From Treponema sp. (GTDB lineage Bacteria > Spirochaetota > Spirochaetia > Treponematales > Treponemataceae), in contig JAFZLJ010000055.1 of the NCBI GenBank assembly GCA_017551545.1, positions 35 to 64,034 of the forward strand: a stretch of DNA of 64,000 nt, written 5' to 3'. Positions 29,535 through 40,027 of this stretch are shown here, piece after piece. Numbering within the stretch: position 1 is the stretch's first letter; every line of letters starts with the position of its first letter. A model generated the notes under the pieces. That model worked only from the letters and a program-made list of their open reading frames with translations, had not been told where the DNA came from and did no database searches. Position numbers and translations under genes: made by a program.

Positions 29535-29885
29535 TATAATCTGAACAATTTCATCCAGACTCAAACCCATTTCGCGGCAGGAATTTACTGCTTTGCGTAA
29601 TACTTCTTCGGCAGCAGCATTTCGTTTACCCGAAATTTCGTGATGTTCAAGCTTGTTTACAAAGGTTCCTCGGCCTGCGGCTGTAGAAATAAAACCTTCG
29701 CGTTCAAGCTGCTCCCACGCCTGTTTTACAGGAATTACGCTTATGCGCAGATTCAGGGCAACAGTGCGAATAGGAGGCAGCTTTTCGCCGGCAGAAATCT
29801 CGCCAGTCATAATCTGGTTAGAAATCTGCTCGTAGATTTGAGTATAAATTGGTTTGTCTGATTGTTGTGACAATACTATATCCAT
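29508..29885 (-). CDS. GntR-family regulator, YtrA subfamily
   Basis: PIY.QI.EQI...I..G....GEKLP.IR..A..L.IS..PV..A...LE.EG.I....GRGTFV, short C-domain, in an ABC operon. Confidence 0.93.
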   Translation of the reverse strand: MDIVLSQQSDKPIYTQIYEQISNQIMTGEISAGEKLPPIRTVALNLRISVIPVKQAWEQLEREGFISTAAGRGTFVNKLEHHEISGKRNAAAEEVLRKAVNSCREMGLSLDEIVQIIRSPGQARG

Positions 29886-29890
29886 AATGA

Positions 29891-29912
29891 CCCTTCGACA
29901 GGCTCAGGGCCC
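29891..29912. repeat. REP family C copy between the permease and gntR
   Basis: CCCTTCGACAGGCTCAGGGCCC. Confidence 0.85.
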
Positions 29913-29918
29913 CCGAGC

Positions 29919-30617
29919 CTACATATCATATTTTTCAAACTGTTTGGCAGCCCGGCGGAAGGTTATTGGCCAGCTTATTATAAATAGTAATAAACCAATT
30001 CCAAGTACCGGCAGCTGCTTTATAAGGCCGGCAAAATCATTCTGATTCAATATTGAACCAAAACGTGTAAGGAATGTCTGTGCGTTTTCGGGGTGGGCCA
30101 AAGTTCCTCTGTACATCCATACAGGGAGTTCACAAAGTGCGTAAATTCCAAAATACAAAACTGCCGAAAGCATAAAGCGCCAGCCAGGTTTAAGCGGATT
30201 TTTATAAATACCGCCAAGGAATATGCAATTAAAAATTGCAAGATTAAAAAACTGGAATCCAAAATAGGCAACATTAATGTCTATTCCCGATTTATTCGGC
30301 GGGAAGTTGCATTTTGCACGAATAAATGCCGCAAGAATGGCAAAAGGAATAAATGATAATTCCAGAAGTCCGCAGTAGAGGAAGCGGGCCTTTACCGTAT
30401 CAATTTTTCGTACAGGCAGTAGAACTGTGTACATCATTCCGTGATTAACCTGATTAAGAGTATAGGTCATCATTATTCCAAGTGTGATATAAAAACAGCC
30501 TATATAAACCGGATAAGACGGAATAAAATAAAAGACAAGGACACAAAGAATCCAGATATAAACAGAAAGATTTGTTTCAAGCTTTGCTTCTTTTTTTAAG
30601 AGTTTCATAACATTCAT
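29919..30617 (-). CDS. ABC-2 type permease
   Basis: About 6 TM helices, LPV.K...V.ARFL, C-terminal FEKYDM. Confidence 0.85.
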   Translation of the reverse strand: MNVMKLLKKEAKLETNLSVYIWILCVLVFYFIPSYPVYIGCFYITLGIMMTYTLNQVNHGMMYTVLLPVRKIDTVKARFLYCGLLELSFIPFAILAAFIRAKCNFPPNKSGIDINVAYFGFQFFNLAIFNCIFLGGIYKNPLKPGWRFMLSAVLYFGIYALCELPVWMYRGTLAHPENAQTFLTRFGSILNQNDFAGLIKQLPVLGIGLLLFIISWPITFRRAAKQFEKYDM

Positions 30618-30620
30618 AGC

Positions 30621-31469
30621 CTATCTCCTTTCAATGTGAATCATAATATCTTCAAGCAGCGGATCGCTTATTTCAAAGCCGGCGCCCTTTGCAAGCTCAA
30701 CATCTTTTGAATACATCATTCCTTCAAAGCCAAGCTGGTGCTTATGAAGGCCTATAATCTTTGACTCAAGCTCCGGTGTAAGCTGATCTTTTTTACCGGC
30801 AACGAGAATGTAGCTCTTTTTAAAGTCTTCTTTTTCGGCAGCAGCAAGAATCTGACCGTTTTTAATGTAAGTAATGTAGTCGGCGCATTTTTCAAGGTCG
30901 CTTGTAATGTGTGTAGAGAACAAAACAGAATGCTGTCCGTCTTCTATGAATTCCTGAAGCATGCAGATAAGGTCGTCGCGTGCTGCAGGGTCAAGACCGC
31001 TTGTAGGCTCGTCAAGAATAAGCAGGCGCGCATTGTGGCTCATTGCAATTGCAAGTGAATACTTAACCTTCATACCTGCAGAAAGCTGTTTGAACTTTTT
31101 GTTCTGGTCAATTTCAAAACGCTGGCAAAACTCGTTGTAGCGGTTGTCATCCCAGTTTTTGTAGAAGGTTTTTGTGATGTCTGTAATATTTTTGATTTTG
31201 CTTTCAGGGTAAAAATCAACTCCACCAAAAACATATCCAACCTGATTTTTAATTTCAATCTCATCCTTTGGCATATCCAGACCGCAAAGCTTAACAGTTC
31301 CACCGTCGTTGTTCATAAGGTTGAGCGTTGTCTTTAAGGTTGTAGATTTACCGGCACCATTGCGGCCAATAAATCCCATGATAAAGCCTTCTTCCAGTGT
31401 AATGTCCACGTTCTTCAGCTGGAAGCTCGGGAAGTTTTTACAAAGTCCACGAATTTCAATTAAATTCAT
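30621..31469 (-). CDS. ABC ATP-binding protein (YtrB-like)
   Basis: GRNGAGKST, LSAGM, LDEPTSGLD, FSTHI; SD GAGGTG before ATG 31469. Confidence 0.93.
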   Translation of the reverse strand: MNLIEIRGLCKNFPSFQLKNVDITLEEGFIMGFIGRNGAGKSTTLKTTLNLMNNDGGTVKLCGLDMPKDEIEIKNQVGYVFGGVDFYPESKIKNITDITKTFYKNWDDNRYNEFCQRFEIDQNKKFKQLSAGMKVKYSLAIAMSHNARLLILDEPTSGLDPAARDDLICMLQEFIEDGQHSVLFSTHITSDLEKCADYITYIKNGQILAAAEKEDFKKSYILVAGKKDQLTPELESKIIGLHKHQLGFEGMMYSKDVELAKGAGFEISDPLLEDIMIHIERR

Positions 31470-31483
31470 AAGCACACCTCAAC

Positions 31484-31533
31484 TTGTGTATATTGTATAT
31501 ACACAATATAACACTCGCGGTGAGGGTTGTCAA
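31484..31533 (-). promoter_or_regulatory. Promoter and YtrA-type operator of the ABC-gntR operon
   Basis: Minus-strand TTGACA-N17-TATATT (31533-31505) abutting the perfect IR TTGTGTATAT-TGT-ATATACACAA (31484-31506). Confidence 0.85.
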
Positions 31534-31563
31534 GAAAAAAAAGTGTGATATACTAATATTGTT

Positions 31564-32340
31564 ATGGAAATTATCAGGCTGAAGCGTTTGAAGAATTATC
31601 GCGATTTGGGGGGCATAAAGACTGTTGACGGCAGAGTTACAAAGCCGCATATGCTCATTCGTGGTACAACGCTTTTTGATCCTACCTTGCTTGGTATAAA
31701 GCTTTTAAAGGAACAATACAATCTTAAGACAATCATAGATTTACGCACTCAGAAAGAAATGCTTGAAAAGCCTGATGTTCTTATTGACGGTGTTGAAATT
31801 GTTCATATGCCTATTATTAATGAAGCTGTAGCCGGAATCAGTCATGAAAAAAAGGTTCGCAGCTTTAAGACACTTATGATGATGCCACGCATGGAAGAAC
31901 TTTATGTGAGTATGGTAACAGCAGAAAGCCTTGATAATGTTGTAAAGGTTTTAAAATATATTCTGACTTTGCCGCTCCAGAAGTTTTCTGTTGTTTTTCA
32001 TTGTACTGCAGGTAAGGATAGAACAGGAGTTATTTCGGCATTGCTGCTTTCGTTCTTGGGAGTAGACAGGGCTACTGTTATTAAAGATTATCTTCTTACA
32101 AACAAAAACGTTCAGTTTAAGGCAAACATGGCTTATCTTGGACTGCTCATTACAAAAGGAAACCATAAGCTGGCACATAAAATCAAACATTATTTTATGG
32201 CTGAACCCGATTTTATAAAAGCTTCGCTGAACCGTCTTGAAAAGGATTTTGGTTCGTTGAACGAGTTTTTTAAGCAAAAGCTTGGGTTTACTACAGAAGA
32301 AGAAAAAGAAATTAAAGATAAATTTTTGCAGGGAGAATAA
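31564..32340 (+). CDS. Tyrosine-protein phosphatase family (Y_phosphatase3)
   Basis: NYRDLGG, IIDLRT..E...PD, HCTAGKDRTG, DYLLTN. Confidence 0.92.
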   Translation: MEIIRLKRLKNYRDLGGIKTVDGRVTKPHMLIRGTTLFDPTLLGIKLLKEQYNLKTIIDLRTQKEMLEKPDVLIDGVEIVHMPIINEAVAGISHEKKVRSFKTLMMMPRMEELYVSMVTAESLDNVVKVLKYILTLPLQKFSVVFHCTAGKDRTGVISALLLSFLGVDRATVIKDYLLTNKNVQFKANMAYLGLLITKGNHKLAHKIKHYFMAEPDFIKASLNRLEKDFGSLNEFFKQKLGFTTEEEKEIKDKFLQGE

Positions 32341-32343
32341 AAA

Positions 32344-32835
32344 ATGGCAATTACACCAAAACGCAGCGATTACATTTCTTGGGATGAATATTTTATGGGA
32401 GTTGCAAAGCTTGCAGGCTTCCGCTCAAAGGATCCTAATTCACAGGTTGGAGCATGTATTGTAAGCGAAGATAACAAGATTCTTTCTATGGGTTATAACG
32501 GTTTTCCACGCGGCTGTTCTGATGATGAATTTCCATGGGCACGCGAAGGAGACACACTCGAAACAAAATATGCATACGTTTGCCACAGTGAGCTTAATGC
32601 AATTTTGAATTATCGCGGCGGTTCGCTCGAAGGTTCAAAAATTTATGTGACACTTTTCCCTTGCAATGAATGTGCAAAGGCAATTATTCAGGCTGGAATT
32701 AAAACTGTTGTTTATGCAGATAACAAATATGACGGAACGCCAAGCGTTGAAGCTTCTAAGCGTTTGATGAATGCTGCTGGGGTTCGTTACTATCAGTATG
32801 AGCCGACTGGTCGCAAGATTGAGATTGATGTTTAA
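32344..32835 (+). CDS. dCMP deaminase
   Basis: ISWDEYFMGVA, RSKDP..QVGACIV, GYNG.P.G, HSELNA, PCNECAK. Confidence 0.93.
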   Translation: MAITPKRSDYISWDEYFMGVAKLAGFRSKDPNSQVGACIVSEDNKILSMGYNGFPRGCSDDEFPWAREGDTLETKYAYVCHSELNAILNYRGGSLEGSKIYVTLFPCNECAKAIIQAGIKTVVYADNKYDGTPSVEASKRLMNAAGVRYYQYEPTGRKIEIDV

Positions 32836-33136
32836 GCGCAAGGTACATCTGCGAAAGCTCGGTTCTGGCTTCGTGAATCTGGCGGATTAAATCTGCATTT
32901 TCTTCCAGGGCCTGAGCTTCTTCTAAAAGCTGCTGACCAGCTCCTTCGGCAGTAAACTTCTTTTCATTTATAAGATATTTCAGACGGTAAATCATTTCAA
33001 TTTCGCGCTGTGTGTAGGTTCGGCGGCCACCCATATCTTTTTGCGGGGCAAAGCCTGGAACAACTTCTTCCCAGTATCTAAGAACATGAGCTTTAATGCC
33101 GGTTAAGTCTTCTACTTCGCCAATTGAATAAGTCAT
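32756..33136 (-). CDS. MerR-family HTH protein
   Basis: YSIGEV..LTG...HVLRYWE...P.K..GGRR.Y; the C-terminal ~25 aa overlap the convergent dCMP deaminase gene. Confidence 0.85.
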   Translation of the reverse strand: MTYSIGEVEDLTGIKAHVLRYWEEVVPGFAPQKDMGGRRTYTQREIEMIYRLKYLINEKKFTAEGAGQQLLEEAQALEENADLIRQIHEARTELSQMYLALKHQSQSCDQSAHTDSNEPQQHSSNA

Positions 33137-33138
33137 GT

Positions 33139-34584
33139 TTACCCCCTGTCTTCCCATTTCTGGCGGCTTGCTTTGAATTCTACCTGAACAGGAATATGGT
33201 CATAGCCTAAATCTTCGCGGATTCGGTTTTTAAGGTATGTTACATACGGCTCAGGAACAACCTCTGGCCTTGTTGCAAAAATCACAAAGTTTACAGGGTT
33301 TACGCTTGCCTGAGTCATATAGCGTATTTTAAAGTGTGCAGTTTTACTTGCAGGAGGAGGGTAGCGTTCAAGCCAGTCCTGAAGCGCATTGTTGAGCGAT
33401 GCAGTTCCAATTTTGCGTGTAAGCTGCTCGTACATATTAATTGCAGTATTCAGCAGATCTTTGATTCCTTTTCCTTCGAGTGCAGAAAGCGGAAGAATCG
33501 GAGCAAAGTCCATCTGCCCAAACATTATGTTTATCCATTCGCGAACGGCTTTTACTGCTTTGTTGCCCTGTTCTTCGCGAAGGTCCCATTTATTCAAAAC
33601 AAAAATAATTCCGCGGCCTCGTTCAAATGCAAGTGAACAGATTTTTTTATCCTGCTCGGCAAGACCTTCTACAGCATCTATGAGCAGGAACACAATATCA
33701 CATTCGTCCAGTGTTTTGATTGCGCGGTTTACAGAATAATATTCAACGTCGTCGTGAACGCGTGCCTTTCGGCGGATTCCTGCAGTATCAAGAACATGAA
33801 AGTTTTTGCCGCCATAGGTGAAGTTACCTTCTACAACATCGCGGGTAGTTCCGGCATAGTCACAAACAATTGATTTTTCTGAATGGGTAAGGCGGTTAGA
33901 AAGTGTAGACTTTCCTGTATTTGGCTTACCCATGATTGCAATTTTAATAGGGCGGTCTGCAGAAAGCTCACGAACATTGCTGAAGTCGCAGCGGTCAACA
34001 ATAAGGTCTGTAAGCTCACTTATTCTGTCGCCGTGTTCTGCAGAAATAAAAATCAGATTTTCAAAACCATAACGTGCATAGTTCCAGGCTTCTGCTTCAT
34101 TACGTCCGCCTTCTGTTTTGTTTACGGCTGCAATGAGCTTGTGGGTGTACGGGCGCATTTTTAAGATAAACTCTTCGTCTTCGCCTGTGATTTCTGTTGC
34201 GTCTAAAAGAAGAACTACAACGTCTGCGCGGTCTATCATATCAAGCGAGCGTTCTACTACATAGTCATCAAGCTCTGCTTCTTTTGTTCCAATGTCGCGT
34301 GTAAGTTTATATCCACCTGTGTCTACAAGATGAACAGGTTTGTCGTTCAAAAAGGCAGTTGCTTCTACAGGATCGCGTGTTACACCAGGCTGATCATTTG
34401 TAATAGCAATGCGGCGGCGGAGGAATCGGTTGAAGAGGGTAGATTTTCCAACATTAGGACGGCCTGCAATAACAACAAGAGGAAGTCCTTCGTATTCAAC
34501 TTCTTTTGAGAATTCATCCTGTGTAACCGGCTGTTCTTCTTCTTTTGGTTTTGAAAAATCCGGTTTATTTTTCTTTTTTGCCAT
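33139..34584 (-). CDS. der: Ribosome biogenesis GTPase Der (EngA)
   Basis: Two G domains GRPNVGKS/DTGG/NK and GKPNTGKS/DTAG/NKWD plus a KH-like C-terminus. Confidence 0.96.
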   Translation of the reverse strand: MAKKKNKPDFSKPKEEEQPVTQDEFSKEVEYEGLPLVVIAGRPNVGKSTLFNRFLRRRIAITNDQPGVTRDPVEATAFLNDKPVHLVDTGGYKLTRDIGTKEAELDDYVVERSLDMIDRADVVVLLLDATEITGEDEEFILKMRPYTHKLIAAVNKTEGGRNEAEAWNYARYGFENLIFISAEHGDRISELTDLIVDRCDFSNVRELSADRPIKIAIMGKPNTGKSTLSNRLTHSEKSIVCDYAGTTRDVVEGNFTYGGKNFHVLDTAGIRRKARVHDDVEYYSVNRAIKTLDECDIVFLLIDAVEGLAEQDKKICSLAFERGRGIIFVLNKWDLREEQGNKAVKAVREWINIMFGQMDFAPILPLSALEGKGIKDLLNTAINMYEQLTRKIGTASLNNALQDWLERYPPPASKTAHFKIRYMTQASVNPVNFVIFATRPEVVPEPYVTYLKNRIREDLGYDHIPVQVEFKASRQKWEDRG

Positions 34585-34597
34585 AATTCCTCTATTG

Positions 34598-34619
34598 CCC
34601 TTCGACAAGCTCAGGGACC
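34598..34619. repeat. REP family C copy between ptsI and der
   Basis: CCCTTCGACAAGCTCAGGGACC. Confidence 0.85.
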
Positions 34620-34625
34620 CCGTGC

Positions 34626-36341
34626 TTAAATATTGTTCAACCTGTTATCAGAAATTGCTTTGAACTCGTCAATGGTAAAGCGGCTGAGTAATTCCTTTGT
34701 GCTCGAAATCATCTTTGGGCTCATACTCAAATTGCGGATTCCCATGCCTGCCAAAACCATAATGCTGTCTGGTCGGCCTGCCATTTCACCGCATACAGAA
34801 ACAGGAATATTTGCATCCTGAGCAGCAGTGATTGTTGTCTGAATAAGGCGGAGGACTGCAAGATTAAATTCGTTATAAAGACCTGCAACATGCTGATTTT
34901 CGCGGTCAACGCCAAGTGTATATTGAGTAAGGTCGTTTGTACCAAGACTGAAAAAGTCGCTGATTTTTGCAAGACAATCACTTGTAAGGGCAGCGGCTGC
35001 AGTTTCGACCATAATTCCAACAGGAGTTGCCGGATTAAAATCGATTTTTTCGGCTGTGAGCTCTTCCTTAACCTGTTTTATGAGTGTAAGGGCTTCTTTT
35101 ACCTGGTCAACGCTCGAAATAAGCGGAAGCATAATCCTTAAGTTGCCGAAAACACTTGCACGGTAAAGGGCACGAAGCTGAGTTTTAAATACATTTGGAC
35201 ATTCAAGACTAAGGCGGATTGCACGTAAGCCCATAAGAGGATTCTTTTCCTCGAACATAGGCATGTCTACGGCATTAATCAGTTTATCACCACCGGCATC
35301 CAAAGTACGGATTGTTACAGGTTTGTCTCCCATTATCTGAAGAACCTGCTTGTAAGCTTCAAACTGAGTCTGCTCGCTGAAGGAACGGGCTGCAGCATTA
35401 AGCGAAACACCGTTCTGGCTCATGTAAAGGAATTCTGTACGGAAAAGACCAATACCGTCTGCTCCTTCTGCCTTTGCAATTTCTGCTTCTTCGGGAGTAC
35501 CTATGTTTGCAAAAAGCTGGAATCTTGTTCCATCCTGAGTTACTGCGGGTTTGTCCAGATATTTTTTAAGTTCAAGCTTATGCTGGTATTCTTCACGGAT
35601 TTTTGCCTTATATTCGTTGATTGTTGTAATATCTGGGCTTACAAGAACTTCTGCAGAAGTACCGTCTATGATTACTGTTTCGCCGTTATGAACTTTTTTG
35701 TTTATGTTTTCAAGGCCTGTAATTGTTGGAATGCCATAGTTACGGGCAAGAATTACTACGTGAGAAGAAACTCCGCCTTCACTAAGGGCAAGACCTGCAA
35801 TTTTTCGTTTTGAAAGAATGATTGTATCAGAAGAACTAAGGGCGTTTGCAAAAATAACTGCTCCATCCGGTACACTGTTGATGTCAAAAGGATGAATATC
35901 AAGCATTTCATCAAGAACGCGGCCAAAAACATCTGTGATATCCTGGGCACGTTCAGAAAGATATTCGTTTCCGGACTGTCTAAGGCGCTGGGCATATTCT
36001 TCTGCTTTAAAATTCAGGGAGTATTCAATGTTAAAGAGCTCTTTTTCGTAAAACTCGCGGGTTTCTTTTAAGAAAACAGGGTCTTCGAGCATAAGAATAT
36101 ATGTTTCAAAAACTTCGCGCTGGATTTTATCCTTAGGATCTGTGCGTGAAAGTGAGTCAAGATAACTGTTAAGCTCAAAAATTACATTCTGAGAAGCATA
36201 CTCAAACCTGCTCCAGCCGTCATTCAGCTGGTCAATCTTAATATGATGCTGAGTAATTGCGCGTTTTACCGGGTCAGGAATCACAAAAGCGGTGCCAATG
36301 CCAATTCCGTCAGCGGCGGGTATGCCTAAAAATACTTCCAT
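34626..36341 (-). CDS. ptsI: PTS enzyme I (PEP-protein phosphotransferase)
   Basis: GG.SSHVVILAR phospho-His, GIGLFRTEFLY, RTLD.GGDK, NP.MGLRAIR, GTNDLTQY, CGEMAG. Confidence 0.96.
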   Translation of the reverse strand: MEVFLGIPAADGIGIGTAFVIPDPVKRAITQHHIKIDQLNDGWSRFEYASQNVIFELNSYLDSLSRTDPKDKIQREVFETYILMLEDPVFLKETREFYEKELFNIEYSLNFKAEEYAQRLRQSGNEYLSERAQDITDVFGRVLDEMLDIHPFDINSVPDGAVIFANALSSSDTIILSKRKIAGLALSEGGVSSHVVILARNYGIPTITGLENINKKVHNGETVIIDGTSAEVLVSPDITTINEYKAKIREEYQHKLELKKYLDKPAVTQDGTRFQLFANIGTPEEAEIAKAEGADGIGLFRTEFLYMSQNGVSLNAAARSFSEQTQFEAYKQVLQIMGDKPVTIRTLDAGGDKLINAVDMPMFEEKNPLMGLRAIRLSLECPNVFKTQLRALYRASVFGNLRIMLPLISSVDQVKEALTLIKQVKEELTAEKIDFNPATPVGIMVETAAAALTSDCLAKISDFFSLGTNDLTQYTLGVDRENQHVAGLYNEFNLAVLRLIQTTITAAQDANIPVSVCGEMAGRPDSIMVLAGMGIRNLSMSPKMISSTKELLSRFTIDEFKAISDNRLNNI

Positions 36342-36398
36342 AGAAAGATATTATATCATAAAAAAGACGATAATAGCAATTTATATGCAATCATGTGG

Positions 36399-36601
36399 GA
36401 AAAAATCGCTCCCAGCCGAAATTGCAAACAGTTAGAAAACAAATCTGCTCCCGCTAAGGAACGTCCGCAAACTACGGCGAGACTTGCAAAGTAAGATTTT
36501 ACTCGCTTCGCTCGGCAAGCCTCGAAGTAGTTTGCGGCCGCCCCTTAGCTCCGCAGCTTTGTTTTCGAATATGTTTAAAAATCGGCTTACGCGATTTTTT
36601 C
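36399..36601. other. 203-bp nested imperfect inverted repeat (MITE-like element or structured RNA)
   Basis: Nine successive paired segments from GAAAAAATCGC/GCGATTTTTTC inward to CTTGC/GCAAG. Confidence 0.7.
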
Positions 36602-36628
36602 AAACTGGTATTTATAATTACTATTTCT

Positions 36629-37315
36629 TTATTTTTTGAGATTTATCTTTCTATTGCCTATCCAAAGCCCGAGGGAAATTAACCAGGTGATGAGGAGCAT
36701 GGCTGGGACTGCTATAAGGGCGTTGGAAATGTTGCCGCCCAGGAAGCCGTACCAGTCGTAGTCTTTTAAAGGGTTGCCGGAATTCAGGTGGGCTATTATG
36801 TTTATGGTGTAGAAAACGGCGTAGATTGCCATGGTGATTATGCCGAAGAGAGAATCTTTTAAGGAAATGTCATCAGTGTCTGGTTCAAAAAATATAAAGG
36901 TGATGATTGAAAGCAGTGGGACTGTCAGGTGGAAGAAAAAGTTGTTGTCTATGTACAGGATTGCCCAGTTTTCGCCGAATTGTGGGATTAAGAAGAAGGC
37001 TGTTACAAGCATTGTAAGGGTGAGACCTGTTGCAGCGGCAAGTCTTAAAAGGTGAAGCAGCTTTGGAAGGCGTGTGATTTTACCTTTGGCAAGGGCAATT
37101 TCAAAGAAAATATAAACAAGCGCAAGCAATCCTCCAAAAACATTCGAATCAACTGTGTAATACTTAAATGCAGAAAGGTTAGCAGCTGTAAAAGCACGTA
37201 CTTCTTCCGAACGGCTCATAATATTAAAGTTAAAAATCATGCTGATTGTTGCAAATGATACCAGCACGAAAATGAGGGTGTTTAGAATAATGGAAACTAT
37301 TGCTTTCTTTTTCAT
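36629..37315 (-). CDS. Integral membrane protein, Pr6Pr / FAR-17a-AIG1-like
   Basis: About 6 TM helices; YYTVDSN, H..VP, YGFL motif pattern. Confidence 0.65.
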   Translation of the reverse strand: MKKKAIVSIILNTLIFVLVSFATISMIFNFNIMSRSEEVRAFTAANLSAFKYYTVDSNVFGGLLALVYIFFEIALAKGKITRLPKLLHLLRLAAATGLTLTMLVTAFFLIPQFGENWAILYIDNNFFFHLTVPLLSIITFIFFEPDTDDISLKDSLFGIITMAIYAVFYTINIIAHLNSGNPLKDYDWYGFLGGNISNALIAVPAMLLITWLISLGLWIGNRKINLKK

Positions 37316-37360
37316 ACCAATATAATACTACTGAATTGTAGATTTTGAAAGATTTACATC

Positions 37361-37446
37361 GTCATTGCGAGGAGCGCAGCGACGTGGCAATCCAGATATT
37401 AGAATGCATTCTTGTAACTGGATTGCCACGCTACGCTCGCAATGAC
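37361..37446. repeat. 86-bp REP family B doublet (REPIN-like) with 26-bp spacer
   Basis: GTCATTGCGAGGAGCGCAGCGACGTGGCAATCC-N26-GGATTGCCACGCTACGCTCGCAATGAC. Confidence 0.92.
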
Positions 37447-37452
37447 AAGGAA

Positions 37453-37504
37453 TATAGGGAGTTTCCCCTATAACCTTGAAAATCTACGTTTTCTCTATTA
37501 TAAT
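37453..37504 (+). promoter_or_regulatory. GH94 promoter with upstream palindrome
   Basis: TATAGGG-AGTTTC-CCCTATA (37453-37472), then TTGAAA-N17-TATAAT (37476-37504). Confidence 0.65.
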
Positions 37505-37544
37505 GAACGAACTACATTTCAATTATTTTATAGGAGAACCGTTC

Positions 37545-40022
37545 ATGAAGTTCGGACACTTTGATGACGCCAACCGCGAGTATGTTATTGAAACACCTCG
37601 CACACCTTATCCTTGGATTAACTATCTTGGAACACAGGGATTTTTCTCGTTAATTTCTAATACTTCAGGAGGATACAGCTTCTACAAAGATGCACGCCTT
37701 CGTCGTATTACACGTTACCGCTACAACAACGTACCTATCGACATGGGCGGACGCTATTTTTACATCAACGACAACGGTACAATCTGGAATCCGGGCTGGT
37801 CTCCTGTAAAGACAGAACTTGATTCTTACGAATGCCGCCATGGTATGGGCTATACAATCATCACCGGTAAAAAGAATAACCTTAAGGCACAGGTTACCTT
37901 CTTTGTTCCACAGGACTACGATGGAGAAGTTCAGCAGGTAGTTTTGACAAACGAAGGTTCAAGCGACAAGACATTTAAGTTCTGGTCATTTGCTGAATGG
38001 TGTCTTTGGGATGCTCAGGATGACTGTACAAACTTCCAGAGAAACTTTTCTACAGGCCGCGTAGAAATCAAAGATTCTGTAATCTATCATAAAACTGAAT
38101 ACCGCGACCGCCGCAATCATTATGCATTCTATTCTGTAAACGACAAGATTGACGGTTATGATACAGACCGCGATACATTCATTGGTCTTTACAACGGCTT
38201 CCACAATCCTCAGGCTGTTCTTGACGGAAAGTGCGGCAATTCTCTTGCAGACGGATGGTCTCCTATTGCATCACACTACAAGGAAATTACACTTAAAGCA
38301 GGCGAATCAAAGACTTTAGTATTCGTACTTGGTTATGTAGAAATGCCTGTTGAAAAGAAATTCGAAGCAGACGGTAAGACAATCAACAAAGAAAAAGCTC
38401 TTGCTATGATCGAAAAATACAACACTCCGGAAAAGTTTGCTGCCGGTATGAAAGAGCTTCGTGCTTACTGGGATAAACTTTTGGGCATTCTCAACGTAAA
38501 TACACCGGAAGACAAAGTAAACCGCATGGTAAACATCTGGAACCAGTATCAGTGTATGGTTACATTCAACCTTTCACGCTCGGCTTCTTACTTTGAGTCA
38601 GGAATTGGTCGTGGTATGGGCTTCCGTGATTCTAACCAGGATATTCTTGGATTTGTTCACCAGATTCCTGACCGTGCCCGCGAACGACTTATTGATATTG
38701 CATCAACACAGCTTGAAGACGGAGGATGTTACCACCAGTACCAGCCGCTTACAAAGAAGGGTAACGCAGACATTGGTGGCGACTTCTCTGATGACCCACT
38801 TTGGATGATTCTTTCTGTTTCTGCATACATCAAGGAAACAGGCGACTGGTCAATCCTGGACGCAAAGGTTCCTTATGACAACGATGAGTCTAAGGCTAAG
38901 TCAATGCTCGATCACCTTACAGTAAGCTTCTACCACATTGTAAATAATCTTGGACCACACGGACTTCCACTTGCAATGCGCGCAGACTGGAACGACTGTA
39001 TCAACCTTTCATGCTTCTCTGACACACCGGGTGAAAGCTTCCAGACATATACAAACCCTAAGTTCAAGGCAGAAGGCGGCTACTCAAAGGTTGCAGAATC
39101 TGTATTTGTTGCCGCTTTGTTCACCTACGTTGGACCAAACTTCGTAGGAATCCTCAATCACTTGGGCAAGAAAGACGAAGCAGCTAAGGCTCAGGCAGAA
39201 ATCGATAAGATGAAGAAGGTTATGATGGATTCTGCATGGGACGGAAACTGGTTCATGCGTGCATACGATGCAAACGGCCAGAAAATGGGTTCTAAGGAAT
39301 GCGAAGAAGGACAGATCTTCATCGAACCACAGGGCTTTGCAATCATGTCTGACATTGACAAGGATGCAACAAAGAAGACTCTTGCCGCAATTGATGAACG
39401 CCTGAACACAAAGCACGGTCTTGTTTTGAATAACCCTGCATTCTCTAAGTACTACATCCAGTACGGTGAGATTTCTACATATCCGGGCGGATACAAGGAA
39501 AATGCCGGTATCTTTACACACAACAACGCATGGATTATCTGTGCTGCAGCTTATGCCGGTGAAGGTGATCAGGCATTCAAGTACTACTCAGAAATTGCAC
39601 CTGCCTATACAGAAGAAACTTCTGACCTTCACAAGACAGAACCTTATGTATACGGCCAGATGATCGGTGGTAAGGACGCAGGTTCGGACATAGGTCAGAC
39701 AGGCAAGAACTTTGGTCAGGGTAAAAACTCTTGGCTTACAGGTACAGCTGCCTGGAACATGGTTGCAATCAGCCAGTACATCTTGGGCATTCAGCCGGAC
39801 TTTGACGGACTTAAGGTAGATCCTTCTATTCCGGCTAACTGGGATGGCTTTACAGCAACACGTCTTTTCCGCGGTGCTAAATACAACATCACAATCAAAA
39901 ACCCAAGCCACGTATGCAAGGGCGTAAAGAGTTTGGTTGTAGACGGCCAGGCTGTTGAAGGTTGTGTAGTGCCTTTTGTTGAAGGTAAGAAAGAAGTTAA
40001 TGTAGAGATTACATTAGGATAA
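37545..40022 (+). CDS. GH94 cellobiose phosphorylase
   Basis: [70 protein letters not shown]; SD AGGAG. Confidence 0.93.
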   Translation: MKFGHFDDANREYVIETPRTPYPWINYLGTQGFFSLISNTSGGYSFYKDARLRRITRYRYNNVPIDMGGRYFYINDNGTIWNPGWSPVKTELDSYECRHGMGYTIITGKKNNLKAQVTFFVPQDYDGEVQQVVLTNEGSSDKTFKFWSFAEWCLWDAQDDCTNFQRNFSTGRVEIKDSVIYHKTEYRDRRNHYAFYSVNDKIDGYDTDRDTFIGLYNGFHNPQAVLDGKCGNSLADGWSPIASHYKEITLKAGESKTLVFVLGYVEMPVEKKFEADGKTINKEKALAMIEKYNTPEKFAAGMKELRAYWDKLLGILNVNTPEDKVNRMVNIWNQYQCMVTFNLSRSASYFESGIGRGMGFRDSNQDILGFVHQIPDRARERLIDIASTQLEDGGCYHQYQPLTKKGNADIGGDFSDDPLWMILSVSAYIKETGDWSILDAKVPYDNDESKAKSMLDHLTVSFYHIVNNLGPHGLPLAMRADWNDCINLSCFSDTPGESFQTYTNPKFKAEGGYSKVAESVFVAALFTYVGPNFVGILNHLGKKDEAAKAQAEIDKMKKVMMDSAWDGNWFMRAYDANGQKMGSKECEEGQIFIEPQGFAIMSDIDKDATKKTLAAIDERLNTKHGLVLNNPAFSKYYIQYGEISTYPGGYKENAGIFTHNNAWIICAAAYAGEGDQAFKYYSEIAPAYTEETSDLHKTEPYVYGQMIGGKDAGSDIGQTGKNFGQGKNSWLTGTAAWNMVAISQYILGIQPDFDGLKVDPSIPANWDGFTATRLFRGAKYNITIKNPSHVCKGVKSLVVDGQAVEGCVVPFVEGKKEVNVEITLG

Positions 40023-40027
40023 TTGCT

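Noticed and set aside
36399-36601. tRNA, 6S, SRP or RNase P RNA assignment
   Set aside because: No cloverleaf or hallmark conserved motifs were recognised by eye; left as an unassigned hairpin pending an Rfam scan.
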